From Lama glama (taxonomy: Eukaryota): DNA of 64,000 nt. A program made the position numbers and the translations under genes. Positions within the stretch are counted from its first letter, which is position 1, and each line of letters starts with the position of its first letter. The notes beneath the pieces are model-generated. The model ran no database searches and was not told where the DNA came from. It worked only from the letters and a program-made list of their open reading frames with translations. Of this stretch, positions 1-13,839 are shown piece after piece. The stretch covers positions 43,650,001-43,714,000 of the forward strand of contig CM052818.1 in the NCBI GenBank assembly GCA_028534125.1. Direction: 5' to 3'.

Positions 1-1050
1 CCTGGCATCTTGGAAGCACCAAAGAAAAAAATAATGGTAGGCTATAGTTATTTCAGTCACCATTTTTGCAATATGCAAGTCTATCATAAGCATTCTGTTT
101 TATGACCACAATCATCTCATTGAATTAAATTTAATTCTGTAATTATGTGGATTTAAATCTTATAACAAGTCTTTAAGTCTTTACTTCCACATGCATATGT
201 TCTTTACTTTGATTTTATATTGTTTAATAGGATTATGTTTTCAAGTCAATGCTTCAGTAAAGCTGCTTGTATAATAAAACTCCTGAGACCTGATGCATAT
301 AACAGTGATTTTTTTCTTGCCTTTACCCATGAAAACATGATGAAATACAGAAATACAAGGTCACATACTTTGTTCCCCTCAAAATGTTCTAGATATTTTT
401 TCTCTTATATTGTTGCATTAGTTACCAGTCATTCAGAGGCCAGTTATGTTCTCCTTTTAAATGGAACTGCAACATTTCTTGGAGTATAAAATATTGCACA
501 TTTTTACTATGAAGTTCAATTGACTACATCCCTACATATTGTTACAGTTTTTAATTTCATTTTCTTGGAATACAATGAGACGACCTACCTGCACCTCCAA
601 GTCTTCATTTTAAGTAATATTTTATTTCATATTTGATACTATCTTAACATTTTATGTGATACATTTTCTTGAATTTTTGCTCTGTAAGTGTCCCATTGTC
701 TATCTTCCATATGTCTCATTTTTCCTCTAGTCACTTCAGCCACTGTATGCATTTCCTTTGTAACTGATGTGATTTCCACAGGTCTCTCATACAGGTTGTT
801 ACCTTACATTTTTTTACAGCATCACTTTGATTTGGGTAATCAAAGTAAATTCAGTGATAGCATCACATTTTACCTTCATGTTCATACCTAGGTCCGCCAG
901 CTCCTTCTTTTTGTCTCATGTTGTTTTCTTAGCTCATTCTTTTATTTTAAACATTTTTTATTGATCTTAGCTCATTCTTAATCAAATATTTTGTGTTCAT
1001 CTCTTTAATTTTTCTAAAATAAGAAAGTAGTTATATTTTAAATAATTCCT
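1..1050 (-). mobile_element. Highly decayed ancient L1 (L1M-type) fragments
   Basis: T-rich degenerate sequence with the composition of antisense L1; no diagnostic intact motif. Confidence 0.35.
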
Positions 1051-1059
1051 ATATCCCCT

Positions 1060-1173
1060 AAGCCATATATATATTATATATGGCTTTTATATATATATAT
1101 ATATAAAAGTATATATATATATACTTAAATATATATATAAATTATATATATATATATATAATTTAAGTATATA
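1060..1173. repeat. (TA)n-based low-complexity tract built of interlocking palindromes
   Basis: Read directly; see findings. Confidence 0.9.
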
Positions 1174-2679
1174 GATATGATTCTTAAGTGAGTTTCTCAG
1201 TATTTGGGATGTTGTGGTTTGACTCTTTTAAAAATACTTTTCATTAATCCTTCTGCTTTTTTTAGTTTGCAAGAGTGCACTTACATGCATTTGTGTGTCC
1301 CAGATGTCTGTCATTTTTTTAAAACAATTTTGGATGGGTACAACTCTGTGTATCTTTAGCTCTCTACTTGATAAAACAACACATGAGTGGTGGAAATTCC
1401 ATGATTTGCCTCCATTTTCACCTGAACAGTTTAGACATTTATTCTCCAACTTTGAGTTGCCAAGCTGAATGTAAATTTTTATGCTATTTTTTGCCCTTCA
1501 ACTTGGGAGAGGATTGTAACTCTAGACGTCACAAGTTGAACCTTTGTACCTGCTTTTTAAAAAAATCCGTTAACATGTACTTGTCCTGAACATGCCAGAG
1601 CAATATTTCATATTTAGTGGTAAAGACAAGGTTTCTCTCTTAATTGAGTCCCATTTGCTTTGCTTTGAGGAGCCTTGGAGGCCATGACAAAATGTCAGGA
1701 TTTCTTGGCCAGAACACTGTTACACACGCACGGTTCATTCTCAGCAGCAGCTACAAACTTGGTTCCACTGCTGCCGTAGACGTGTGTTTGGCCTCGTTCC
1801 TTCCAATTAGGAGATCAGTTTTGCCAGAAGACCAGCTCACACACATGGAAGGTTACCTTTCCTCTTGCCTTTATTGTTTTCCCTTATGAACAAAATGAGC
1901 CTTACGTGTTGTCTCCAAATCCATACTGTCCAGACTGAGGGTTCTTATTAAGGCCCCTGGGAACTTCTGCTTACCTCCTGTGTCCAATGGCAAATACATT
2001 TCTGGGCCTTGTTCCCTTCCCCAGAGTACACCGTGCTTTGTGATTACTCTTCAGAATCTTTGATACGACATTCTGCCCCCGCACCCCACACTTCGAATGT
2101 AGATAAAGTTTTCTTCTCCAAATGGCTCTCTGTTGTGTGTTTATGTAGATGTACTTCCGGGGTAGACGTGGGCCTAAGGCAATACCCATCTCAGAAATGT
2201 TGAAAGCACAACACTAGCTTTCCGCACAAAATAGACAAATAAACAGACGAAAAGAAAGTTAGTTAAAAAACACTTCGATAAAGTGTCTTAGTTCTATTTA
2301 AAACATTATTGAGTATTATATCTATGTATGTAAAACATGTCAAACAATGTGCAAGTGTATGTGTAGATTATTTACTTCACATATAGATGTAAGAGAGGTG
2401 CTATTCATTCTATTTTATGTATGAATTAACTAAAGTGTCAGGACAAACAAGATAAAGAAAGTTACCCAAACTTATATTGTTTTGAGTAGAAAAGCCAGGA
2501 TTAAAGCCCAAATGTCAAATTCATAATGTTTTTGTTTTTTCTATTTTATGACAACTTTTTCAAACTCTAAGCTTTTTGATCTAACCTGCGTTTTCAATAG
2601 TGAACCATTAGAAAGAGAGATCTAAAAATAATACATATTATATAATACATACAGTCATATACAATAATACATATATTAT

Positions 2680-3040
2680 GTCCCTGTCTCCTGAGAAAGC
2701 TGCCCGCTCTGCATCTGGATGTAGATGGACACCTGTATCACCAGTGACGGGGGATTCAGAAGCCTCTATAAACAAACCTTGTTACTTCTTTACTAATTTA
2801 CTACCCCAAGCCTAAGTTTCTTTGTCCTGCCAAATCCTCACAAACGTACTATTTCTTTGTATATAAAATTTATAAAAGCTGCCTGTTTTGTCTACCTCTT
2901 AGCTCCTATTTCTATGAGAACTCTGTGAATATGAATGAAATTGTTTTTTTCTTTTTTTCTCCTGTTGACTTGTTTTAATTTAATTATTAGAATAGCCAAA
3001 AGAATCAAGAAGGGTAAGGGGGAAATTTGCCCCTCCCCAC
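2680..3040 (+). mobile_element. ERV1-type LTR 3' part (MER34-like)
   Basis: TATAAAAG box, then tttttctcctgttgacttg and a terminal ...aagaagggtaagggggaaatttgcccctccccac resembling MER34-family ends (recalled consensus). Confidence 0.6.
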
Positions 3041-3547
3041 CGTGAGCATGAGTATTAAAATTAAGGCAAAGAGAGTTCGGTGAACTTAGAGATTATTTTC
3101 TTCAGTTGGAGTCATCACATGTAAAGTTTACCTTCTGTCTAGAAAATAAGAAGTTCACACTTCATGCCGAGTTCCTTAATCGCTCTGATTCAGTCTTCGA
3201 TAAGAAGGGACAGACAAGACAAAACAGGTAAAAACTGTGGTAGTAGCACTTAAGAGAATGCTTTCCTGAAAGAAAAAAATAATATCTAAAACCTACAGTC
3301 CCTGGTCTTCGCCACCTCTGACGCTAAGTGAAGTCATCCAAGTATAAACTTCTAGAGCCTCAGCGCACCCGGAATGTGATGTCTTTCATTCTTCTCCCCT
3401 CTCTCAGCATCGGGCTGTCAATTCTGTGATGATGTATGCATTTCAAAGACATTTTCCAAACACTGCACTCAATAACGGGCCATTTGTTTAAGAGGGTCAG
3501 GAGCAGTTCAGACTTCATAGTGTACATAAATGTGTAAGAGTGGTTAC

Positions 3548-4047
3548 NNNNNNNNNNNNNNNNNNNNNNNNNNNNNNNNNNNNNNNNNNNNNNNNNNNNN
3601 NNNNNNNNNNNNNNNNNNNNNNNNNNNNNNNNNNNNNNNNNNNNNNNNNNNNNNNNNNNNNNNNNNNNNNNNNNNNNNNNNNNNNNNNNNNNNNNNNNNN
3701 NNNNNNNNNNNNNNNNNNNNNNNNNNNNNNNNNNNNNNNNNNNNNNNNNNNNNNNNNNNNNNNNNNNNNNNNNNNNNNNNNNNNNNNNNNNNNNNNNNNN
3801 NNNNNNNNNNNNNNNNNNNNNNNNNNNNNNNNNNNNNNNNNNNNNNNNNNNNNNNNNNNNNNNNNNNNNNNNNNNNNNNNNNNNNNNNNNNNNNNNNNNN
3901 NNNNNNNNNNNNNNNNNNNNNNNNNNNNNNNNNNNNNNNNNNNNNNNNNNNNNNNNNNNNNNNNNNNNNNNNNNNNNNNNNNNNNNNNNNNNNNNNNNNN
4001 NNNNNNNNNNNNNNNNNNNNNNNNNNNNNNNNNNNNNNNNNNNNNNN
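3548..4047. other. Assembly gap, 500 N
   Basis: Run of exactly 500 N. Confidence 0.99.
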
Positions 4048-4179
4048 AAAGTTTCATGAACTAATGTCTATGACTTTATGATATTAAAGTATAAACTGTG
4101 ATATTTAAATGTGAGGAAAAACTGTGATAAGTAATGGAAAGAAAATTAATTGGATAGTCAAGAGACTGGCATTCATTTG

Positions 4180-4570
4180 TAAGGGAAAGAGCACATGTTT
4201 TGGAATGATGGTGAACTTGATTTGAATCCTCACTCTGCCAATGCCTAGCTCCATTTAATCAAGTTATTTATTCTCTTTGCTCATCTCTTTCCTCATTTGT
4301 AATAAGATCAGCAGTTACAATTTTAAGGAGCATTTAAGAGATTTATTGTAATAATGCTATCATTTTCCTGGTGCAGTCTCTTGACTTTAATAAATGAATG
4401 GTGTTAATTAAAATAGATCCAAGGTTCTCAGTACCTGGGGATCTTCTGCAGGACTTAATGCTCAGTCTTCATCTGTGAGAAGTGACTGTCACATCTTCTG
4501 TGAGAATTAAGTGAAATAACACGTGGATTTGCCTAACACAAATTAGGTGTTCAATAATCACTTACTAAAG
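4180..4570 (+). mobile_element. MIR SINE fragments (two)
   Basis: ttgaatcctcactctgcca...tttcctcatttgtaa and ctcagtcttcatctgtg...tgtgagaattaagtgaaataa match the MIR core. Confidence 0.7.
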
Positions 4571-5094
4571 TGTGCAGGGTCCGAAGTCTGTGGGTTCCTA
4601 GTTTTGACTAGAGCTGGGCACAAAGAAACACATCAGCATCTCAGACACGTGACTGCATCTTACACAATTCATTTCCATCTATTTCAAAGGAAGTCTGAGT
4701 GTAAAGCTGACCTTTGGGATGGAGAAGATGGGTGCAAAACACCCAGGGAGACTGAGACTGGGGGAGCTTGGAGACTACCACAGGATTGTAGCAAAAAGGG
4801 AAAAGAAGGCTCTGATGTAGCTTGTAAGGTAAACAATGCTAAGTCCGAAACTGAACAAAAGATCAGTGTAAGAAAGAGGCTAAGAGAAGGAAGGAAATAG
4901 ACCAATCTACCTGCAAGTTACATCAGCTCTACCTTCACATGAACTGTCACATTGGTTCATTTTACTCCATCATGATTACTTCTGGCTGAATCGATTTTTT
5001 TTTTTGGTATTATGATGAGACATAGGGAACCAATATTTTATAGGTCAAAATGTTATGTATTGGACTTTTCATATGGTTTGAGATAATGCGTCAT

Positions 5095-5700
5095 AACGTA
5101 TCAGTCATTTGCTCAAAACCCTCTGATGGCCTTTAATCTTCCCTAGAATATGTCCCTAACCCCTATCTTGCCCTACAAGGCCAATATGATACAGTTCTTG
5201 CACAGTCATCCTCATCATCTCAAACAGTATCACTCACCCCAAGCATAGTCACATTGTCAGTCTTGCTGTTCCTTGAAAATGACAAGCTGGTTCCTGCGTC
5301 AGAGTGTTTTTGCGTTCTGTTTATCGGCCTAGAGTAATGTTTTCCCCCAGACTTTCCCATGGCTGGTTGCTTTTTCACATTCAGATATCAGCTCAAACGT
5401 TACCCTTTGGAAAAGCATAGATTCCCACCTTGGCTACGTTGTCTGCAGTCGCTCTCCATCCCCCATCACCATGCCCACCCCACTTTCTATCATTGTCTGT
5501 CATCCCACGTTAATATACATGACTTTTTACCTACCTGCCCATATGTATTTATTTATTTTCTTGTCTCATTGTTAGCTATCCCTATAATAATATGGATGCC
5601 TCAGAGGTAAGGACTTGTCTGACCGACTGCTGTAGTTTTAATATTAGAAGAGTATCTGACACTCATTTGGCATGTAACCCAAAATAGTTGGGTGAATGAA
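5095..5700 (+). mobile_element. L2 LINE 3' end
   Basis: tgctcaaaaccctctgatggc...gccctacaaggcc...catggctggttgctttttcacattcagatatcagctcaaac, ending in a tgaatgaa tail. Confidence 0.8.
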
Positions 5701-6736
5701 AGGCTCAACCAGCAAATTGGGGAAATGAGTTTATTATGTCAAACTAATTAATTATTTAATTTTTAACCAAACTTCACTGGGCCTGAACTACGTATAAGGC
5801 ACTAAGCCAGGCGCTGTGAATGAGATCTGTACTAAAAATCACAGGTGCAGTAAACGGACTCATATTTCATAGGTGATGAGAAACACAGGTTCAGTAGAAC
5901 ATATAAACTCTTAGGACCCTAGGACAGATGCAGATAATTTGTGTTTTTGAGCTCAGAAACACAGGGTAAATGTTTGCAGCAAGAGGAATTGAGTCACGTG
6001 GTCCTACAGTGAACCGCAGCCCCTCTGCTACCTCAGGTTCCAGGAGGGTTAATGTGCTAGCAAATTCCTGGGTGAATGGGATGGAAGCCAGAGGTAGGAG
6101 CTCTAGATCCGGAGTCATCAGCAAAAAGTAAAGAAGGAACGAAAAGTTCAGTTGATTTGGAGATGAAGAAAATGCACAAGAGAAAAAGTCCAATAGTCAG
6201 TTGAAAGAATGGAATTAAGGAAAATTGCTTCATTTATACAAGAATTAATTTGATACCAATTTTATGGGTTTTGTTTGGCACTATGAATATTGTCTCCTTA
6301 TAGCAACATAATCCTTTTATTTGATAAGCATAATCTTGATAAGCAAGATCTTTAGAAGAAATCCAGGAAAATTTACTTCTTCTCATATGCAATGTGATCT
6401 AGCTTTAGTCTAAGAGAGTACTAGAATAAGGACAAGGAGTGTACGACTTACTGATACTAAAAATTGACGTTTAATTTATAATCCTAAACTGTACCAAAAC
6501 AACTAAAACGGATGCATTAACTATTGGATATAATATAAAGCAGGATTATAAGAGTACAACCCTTCCCAAGATTATTAAATTCCAAATATAAACTGGTAAC
6601 ATACAGAAATTATTGAAACAGACAGTGGAAGAGGTGATACACATAAATTTATTTTGGAAAACTGTTTATTACTGCATGGTCATCATGAGTCACCTGCATT
6701 GACCACCATTTTTGGTGTAGAAAGACTTGGATCTGA

Positions 6737-6770
6737 CTTCCTTCCTTCCTTCCTTCCTTCCTTCCTTCTT
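6737..6770. repeat. (TTCC)n microsatellite
   Basis: Read directly. Confidence 0.95.
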
Positions 6771-6774
6771 TTAG

Positions 6775-9200
6775 TTATTTTATTTTAAATATACATTATG
6801 AAGTGCATACATTAGAGTCTATATAATATGAATGTAGAGTTTAAAGAATCACAATAAAATGATGACCTAGGAAACTACTGCTGAGCTTAAGAACAACACC
6901 CCAATAGTAATTCTCCTGCTCCCATAAAAAAACCCACTATACTGAATATTTTAATAATGCTTCTCTAGATCTTAACAGCTTAGATTTACCTGTTTCTGGC
7001 TATGTGTAAATGGAATCATATTAGAAGATTTTTGTGCATGTGATTTTTTTTTTCCTGCAAAAGCTTAACTTCTAGGTCATTTGTCAAAAGGCTTTTATTC
7101 TTATATTTCCTTTTATATTATGGGCTATAACATGCACACAAATAATTTATAAGATACGTATGCAGTTTAATTAATAATAGAACAAACATCTAGATATACA
7201 CCAATTAATTTAAACAATAGAAAACTGCACATAATTCTGAACACTCCAGTGAGTTTCCCAGTTACCCTAGACCTTTTATACAACTCAGAAAAAACATTTC
7301 TGTTTCTTAATATTTTCTTTTGTTTCCATAGGATTTGATCACAAATATATGCATTCCTATGCAATATTTTTAACTTTATACATATTTTGATCTTCTTGTA
7401 AATAAAATCACTGTAAAGTCAAAATTAATTGAATTTTCTTCTCAATAGTCTTCACTAGTAGCCATATTTTGTACATTATATATTATATAGCCATTTATTT
7501 TACATTGAATTACATTTGTGTATATTTATAATTATACTTAATTCTACTGCTGAATTCTGTTCTGCTATTTGACTCTACCATTGTGTTGGTAATCTGACTT
7601 GTGTTGTTTGTGTTGTGGATAACACCTCTTTGAACCTTCTGGTCCACGTCTCCAGGTGTAGGTACATGTACAGAGTTTCTTTTGACTATAGACTCTAGAA
7701 TACATATCCCAGGGTCATAGGTGAGAAGGAATCAGTTTTTCAGGTAGTTCCAGATTATTATTTCAAAATTATTTATTCAATTATATTCCAGTTACCATTT
7801 AATCTGTATTCTCCTTGTTTTACACTGCCCATGCTTGGTGCAGACTGGCATTTTATAAATATATATATATATTTCCCAATCTGTTGAGGGTACAGTGATG
7901 CCTCATTTTAGTTTTTAATTTTAAGCATTCCACTTATTGCTTTTGAGGTTAAACATCTTTTTTTTTTCTTGGATATTTCTATTTTCTTCTCAATGAAATG
8001 CCTGTTAATGTACTTTTCCCATTATATAATGAAGTCTATCTTTTCTTTTTAGTTAGTGAGCCTCTTTATATATTCTGTTTATCTTGTTGAATTTACATAT
8101 TACATGTATATTCTCTTAATTTGTGGCTTTACATGTTCACTCTCCTAATGGAAACTTAATAAACAAATGTTCCTTAATTTTATATAGTCCAATTTATAAG
8201 CTTGACTTTTAACATTTGTTCTAAGTTTTACTTAAAAAGTTTCTCGTTATTCAAGATCATAAGCATATTCTCTGATATTGATTATTCAAGTTTAGCTTTT
8301 CATATTTAAACTTTTAGATGCACTAAAGTTTATTTTTGTGAATGCAGTGAATAAGAATCAAATTTATTTTTCCCATATATATGTACTATTCTTTAGAATT
8401 GTCATTCTATTCCCACTGACATCAGTGCAAGATTTATCAAAAATCAAACATGTATTTATCTCTATATCCTCCACTCTATACTATCCTCATTTACTTATCA
8501 CTGTACAAAATCTCAGTAGTCAGTATATTTTTATTATAATTTTGATATCTATACAGAAGACTCATAATTTTCCTTTATTGAGTATTAGCAAATATTTACT
8601 CTTTGCTATTATAGGAAAAAATATTTAGCTTCCATACTCACAAATAAGTTCTGAGTTTACTGGAATTATAATTCATCTCTACAATTTTTTGTTGGGGTTA
8701 CCATTTTTATGATATTGGATGCTGCTATTCATGTCCTTAATATATCTCTCCATTTTTTTAGGTTATCTTTAATTGCCATAATATAAAATTGTATAATTTT
8801 CTCTCTAAGGTCTTGCATATCATTATAATTTTTATTTAAGGGGAATTATATTTTTTCTTGCTGTTGAAAATAACATCCTTCTTAAACAACACATTTTATA
8901 ACTATTGCTGGTAAATAGAAACATACTTTTTTCCTCTTGGTGATGATCATGTATCTGACAAAGTCATTGAACCCTCTCATTAATTACAGAATTATCTGTA
9001 GATTCCTTTGGGGTACTATTTGGAAAAAAGTATTTTCTGGAAATAATGACAGATTTTCTTCCCTTTTCAATCTTTATAATGTTTCTTTTTTTATTTTTCT
9101 TTGTTCTTTTGTTAGGACTATAAACTACACAACCAGTTCTCAACACCATGGTATATTATTAACTTTGGATTTCAGTTTTGTAGTATTACGGCATGTATTC
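6775..9200 (-). mobile_element. Ancient L1M (3' UTR plus ORF2 3' part), antisense, heavily decayed
   Basis: Antisense L1 motifs such as gtaaatggaatcata, gaggttaaacatctttt, tatagtccaatttat, atctgtagattcctttggg. Confidence 0.7.
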
Positions 9201-9439
9201 TATGTAACCATGTTGTTATTAAGTGTAGGTAAAACATGAAACATTAACATAAACATAATCCATGGCATACAACAAATGCTTAAAAATGATCTTTGCCCCC
9301 TCCTTCACATATGCACAGAGAATGATAAATGTTCATGTTTCAAATTTAATAGTTTCCTCTGATTACTCTAACTTAATAAGATTTCTTACTTGTAAATTAT
9401 AAATCTGGTATTGATGGCAGTAGAAAGAAGGTAGGATAC

Positions 9440-9502
9440 ATACCACACTTACACACACTCCCATACACACACGCACACAGTCCCACACACGCATGCACAC
9501 AC
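9440..9502. repeat. Imperfect (CA)n tract
   Basis: Read directly. Confidence 0.8.
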
Positions 9503-10844
9503 AATGGCTGGAAAGAAAGAGAATGTCCTGAAATTGTCTTTTCCTTTCTCTGAGTTCAATTAGAAATCTTATAAAGAACGGCAAAGGAAAAATGGTCTTG
9601 AATTATGTTAGCTTAGAAGAAGTACTCATAATTGTCCTAAATCTCTGCCTAATATTTGTGCCCAGGAGATGTAACTTAAAATTTGTCTACTATGAATTAA
9701 AGAATGGCAAGAACTATCACAGTAAAGGGGAAAAATATGGAAACTGAACCTCCTTTACATCAACAAATTCATTATCAACAGTGCCTTTTAGGAAAATTAC
9801 TCTGTTACATATTTTTCTAGGTGAGTCCTAAGTGAAAAATAGAATAAATTTGGTTTGTGGGATTATGAATTGAATTTTGTCAGGCAAATTCCTATGATTT
9901 TCTTTGAAGTCAGCTCTAATTATACTCTTTCAAGGGTCCTTTGTGAATGTTCAGTTTTACTGCAGTTTTGACTTTCATTAATTTGAACATTAAAGGAAAG
10001 AATTTTCAGAAACCATCTGAGCAAAATACTTTTACAACTCCACAGTGCTGTTGATGCTAATAATTGAAATGAGAAACATATTTAGAGACTGAAAATATGT
10101 GGGTCTTCCAAACCAGTTCCAAGTCAATGTTTCTCTCTTACCAGCAAAGTCGAAGTACTGAAGTGATTTCTAAAACCCTAAGAAAGGTATCAGCTTTTGC
10201 ATGTGAAACTTTATATCTGCTAAATTATTTATTTTACCTAAGCTTGCTCTAGTACTACCCTCTTTCTGTAGATAGAATGAAGTTTGGGTTAGAATTTTTG
10301 AAACTTCTGAAAGCGTGAGAGAAGGACCCAGAGGTGGGCTGATTCCAAGGACTAGAAAAGTAGGAGCGCCATGCAGAGTGAGGGAGCCAGAGTTCTGTCG
10401 CTATTGTGTGGAAATAATTGTATATTCTAGCAAAAGTCACTTGGTTTCTCTTGGTTTATATTTATCTACCCATGCAATGAAGAAAATATTTGACTAAGAT
10501 CATCTAGAACAAAGTATCCTTTAAAATTATCTTTCAGTAATAACTGGCACAAGAAAACACTGAGCCACTCAAGTGAGGCTCAAGCACATCAAATCCAACA
10601 CTCAGGCACCAGTAAAATGGGGTCAGCCCCAGGTGGCTAAGTGACGAGAAAAGCAGGAGAGACGACCTGGTTTTTATTTTTTTATCACTCACTCGTTTCT
10701 GTGTGCCTCTTTGAATTTTCACTTGCTTTGCTTTTCTGTATCCCGCATTCCAGACCGTCTTGGAGTGATCTCTCACCTCTGGGATGGTGTTGCTCAGTGA
10801 ATGTACAGAGGGTAGCCGTTACTAAGTTGGCTCCATGGCCATGG

Positions 10845-10978
10845 AACCTCTGACTGGTTCATCTGTAAAGCAGCAGTGATGATTGCAATGGTGACACCCG
10901 TTTAGCGGGGTTCTAACAGTTTGATAAGATGATGCGTGTAAAGTGAATGCTCAACAAACGCTGGCTGCTATTATTAAG
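10845..10978 (+). mobile_element. MIR fragment
   Basis: ttcatctgtaaag...gatgatgcgtgtaaagtg...tgctcaacaaacgctggctgctattatta. Confidence 0.6.
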
Positions 10979-12074
10979 TATAACAACTCTTATTTCCCAA
11001 TGTGCTTATTAAAAGTCAAATTCTTGGCCTCATCTTGTAATCTGATAAGGTGAGATAAGGCATGCATCTTTTTAGCCAGCTCTCCAGGTTCTTCAGATTC
11101 ACACTCCTGTCGTTTAATTATTAGCCAAAAAGAAGGAGAAGGAGGTAATTTTCAGTTGCTCTTGTTACTGTTGCCCTTGGCCGAAGGGACACAGTGAGCC
11201 CTTGCATCTTCTTTGTGATCCACCTTAGCTCAGCAGAACGAAGGGTCTAATTTATCCAAAAATTACGGTGTTACATTATTTGGTTTTGCATGCATGCTAC
11301 TGTCTCCTTCAGGAATGAAGGAGGAGAGCTGTAGTCAGAAATAGCTGGGCAGCGCCTCCCACGAGCAGAATCATGTGTCACTACTGACGACCCCATGTCT
11401 GTTGCTTATGCTGTTTTATATAAAAAGACAAATAGCCTATTGTCCTTCATTAAACTTGAATTCTACTCGCAACTCCAAGTGTGGACTTGGGTATCTTTGA
11501 CTTCACAAATGTATTAATTTAAAAACAGTAACTAATTCCTCTCTCCGGGGTCAGAGTAAGGAAGAAACAAGTTAATACTTAGAATATGCTTCACAGAAAC
11601 TCCTCCCCCACTTCTCACTGAAAGCATATCACACCATAAAACTCCTTTTCTTTCCTAGTGTTTGTTTTCATTTTGGTGTTGGGTGGTTTATTATGTTGAA
11701 TATACTAAAGCTAGCACTGTCAGGTAAGGTGATTTGAGGCCACCACTATCAAGCAGGCTGGTTGGAAATGTGGCTGCCTTTAAGAGGTGGCATTTAGTCA
11801 TCTTTCAAACATCTGCTGAAACAAAAAAACAATTATACTGAAGATGGTTTCAGATTACCTTCTACCAACACTTTTAATTATTACCTAAAGTTACTGAGGA
11901 TAAGGTAACTTAACTGAATCAAGTAGATATACAGGCTGGGAAAATCATTTTTCTTCCCCATATTTGGTCTTCTGAAACCCTTTATAGAAAAGAAATATCT
12001 CAGCTCTTCTGTACAATGCGGGAAAACGAGGGCTCAGTTTTCGCAGTAGGTGATATCCGTGGTAAAGAGTAAAC

Positions 12075-13300
12075 CTGAGGATGGAGTATGAGATTGCGTT
12101 GAATCTACAGATCAATTTGGATACAAGTGACATCTTATACATGTCCAGTCTTTTAATCCACCTGTATTAACTTCCATGTATTTATGTTTTCTTTAATTTT
12201 TCTTATGCTTTATGGTATTGGTAAGGATATAAGTGCACAAAATTCATAAAAAATATTAAAGTTTTGCAAATCTTTGGTTAGATTTATTCCTAGCTCTTTG
12301 ACATTTTAAAATAATATTTAATATGATATAAAGTTTAAATTATCATTGTCTCTTTTCTTGTTGCTGGCATATAGAAGCACAAATGCTTTTGCTATTTCAA
12401 CCTTGTGTCCAGCAATCATGTATAGTCACATATTAAGTATGACTGTTTGTAGATTCCTTTGGATTTTCTAGGTATACTATCTGAAAAAAATGTTTATTTG
12501 TTCCTTTCCTATCTTACCTCACATATGAACCACAGCAGCGGAAACGCTTCTTTTGTTTGTTTGTTTGTTTTATTTTATTATTTAATTTTGGAGGGGGGGG
12601 ACTAGGTTTATTTACTCATTTATTTTTAATGGAGGTACCAGGGATTGAAGCCAGGACCCCGTGCATGCTAAGCACACACTAACACTGAACTATACCCTCC
12701 CCACAAAAAATGCTTTTAATATTTCATGACTAAATGTGATATTTACTTTTGTGAATAGAAAACATTATAAGATGAAGGAGATTTCCTTTACTGTTAATGT
12801 GGAGAAAGATTAACCATAATCAGTATTACACATTAGCAATTTCTTTTTCTACATTTATTGAAATCATCAAATGAATTTTCTCTTTTTTATTTATTATAGA
12901 ATTACATTTCTGAATTACATCAATTTATTTTATGAAATGTTAACCAGCTTGTTTTCCTGGAATAACCTGTACTTTGCCTTGATGTATTACTCTCTTGGTA
13001 AATTATTAGATGTGATTTGTATTGTGTCATTTAGAATTTTTGCATCTATGCTTATGAGAGAAAATTGTCTCTTTTTTATTGAATTTTTTTTCAGACTTTG
13101 ATATCAAGTCTCACGACTTAGAAAATGTTACTTCTATTTTATTGTTTGAAAGATTTTAAGAGTTACATTATACTTTATTAAATGTTTGCAAGGATACATG
13201 AGACGAGCCATTTAGACCTGGAGATTATTTCTTTGGAAGACTTTCTAGTATGAAGTAGAATTTTAAAAATCAAACAATGGATTTTTTTCTGGTACCATTT
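12075..13300 (-). mobile_element. Ancient L1M ORF2 fragment, interrupted by a SINE
   Basis: gattgcgttgaatctacagatcaatttgg, tttgtagattcctttggattttcta, agaatttttgcatctatgcttatgag are antisense L1 ORF2 motifs. Confidence 0.75.
12551..12702 (-). mobile_element. Camelid tRNA-derived SINE (Vic-1-like)
   Basis: Reverse complement reads ggggagggtatagttcagtgttagtgtgtgcttagcatgcacggggtcctggcttcaatccctggtacctccattaaaaataaatgagtaaataaacctagt, then an A-rich tail; Pol III A and B boxes visible. Confidence 0.9.
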
Positions 13301-13309
13301 TGATACATT

Positions 13310-13640
13310 TCATCGAGTGGAAGACTCACAGTGTTATAAAATATTAATGCTTTGAAAATGTATACGTAGATCCAATGCAATTCCAAAATCTAGAATTTAT
13401 GTATGTGTAGAAACTGACAGACTGATTCTGAAATTTATTTGGAAATGCAAAGAGTCAGTGATTGTCAAGTTAATCTAAAAATGAAAGCAAAGTGGGGGGT
13501 GGGGATTAATATTTCCAAACTCCAAGGTCCTTAAAAATTTTAAGCCTTTGAAGATAATCGTAAAGGTAGTGTGATGTTGGGACAGGCTGGAGAAGATGAA
13601 CGCAGGAGCAGAAGAGTCTAAACACAGACCTGTTTATGAA
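13310..13640 (+). mobile_element. Ancient L1 ORF2 fragment (sense)
   Basis: gtagatccaatgcaattcc...gaaactgacagactgattctgaaatttatttggaaatgcaaa. Confidence 0.7.
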
Positions 13641-13839
13641 CTCTCCCCTCAATGTGAGAGAGAAGACTCGGTGACGAATCGGGGGGGTCCAGTTTCCCCC
13701 CGCAGAGGTGTTAAGTTCTACGAGAACAGGGTTTAACTCAGACCATAGAAGGCATTAAGTAGGTATTTGTCAAACGAATAAGCATAGCACTGACAGACAC
13801 AGAGCATAAGAATCCATGCTCAGACACCAGCTGAGTTTT

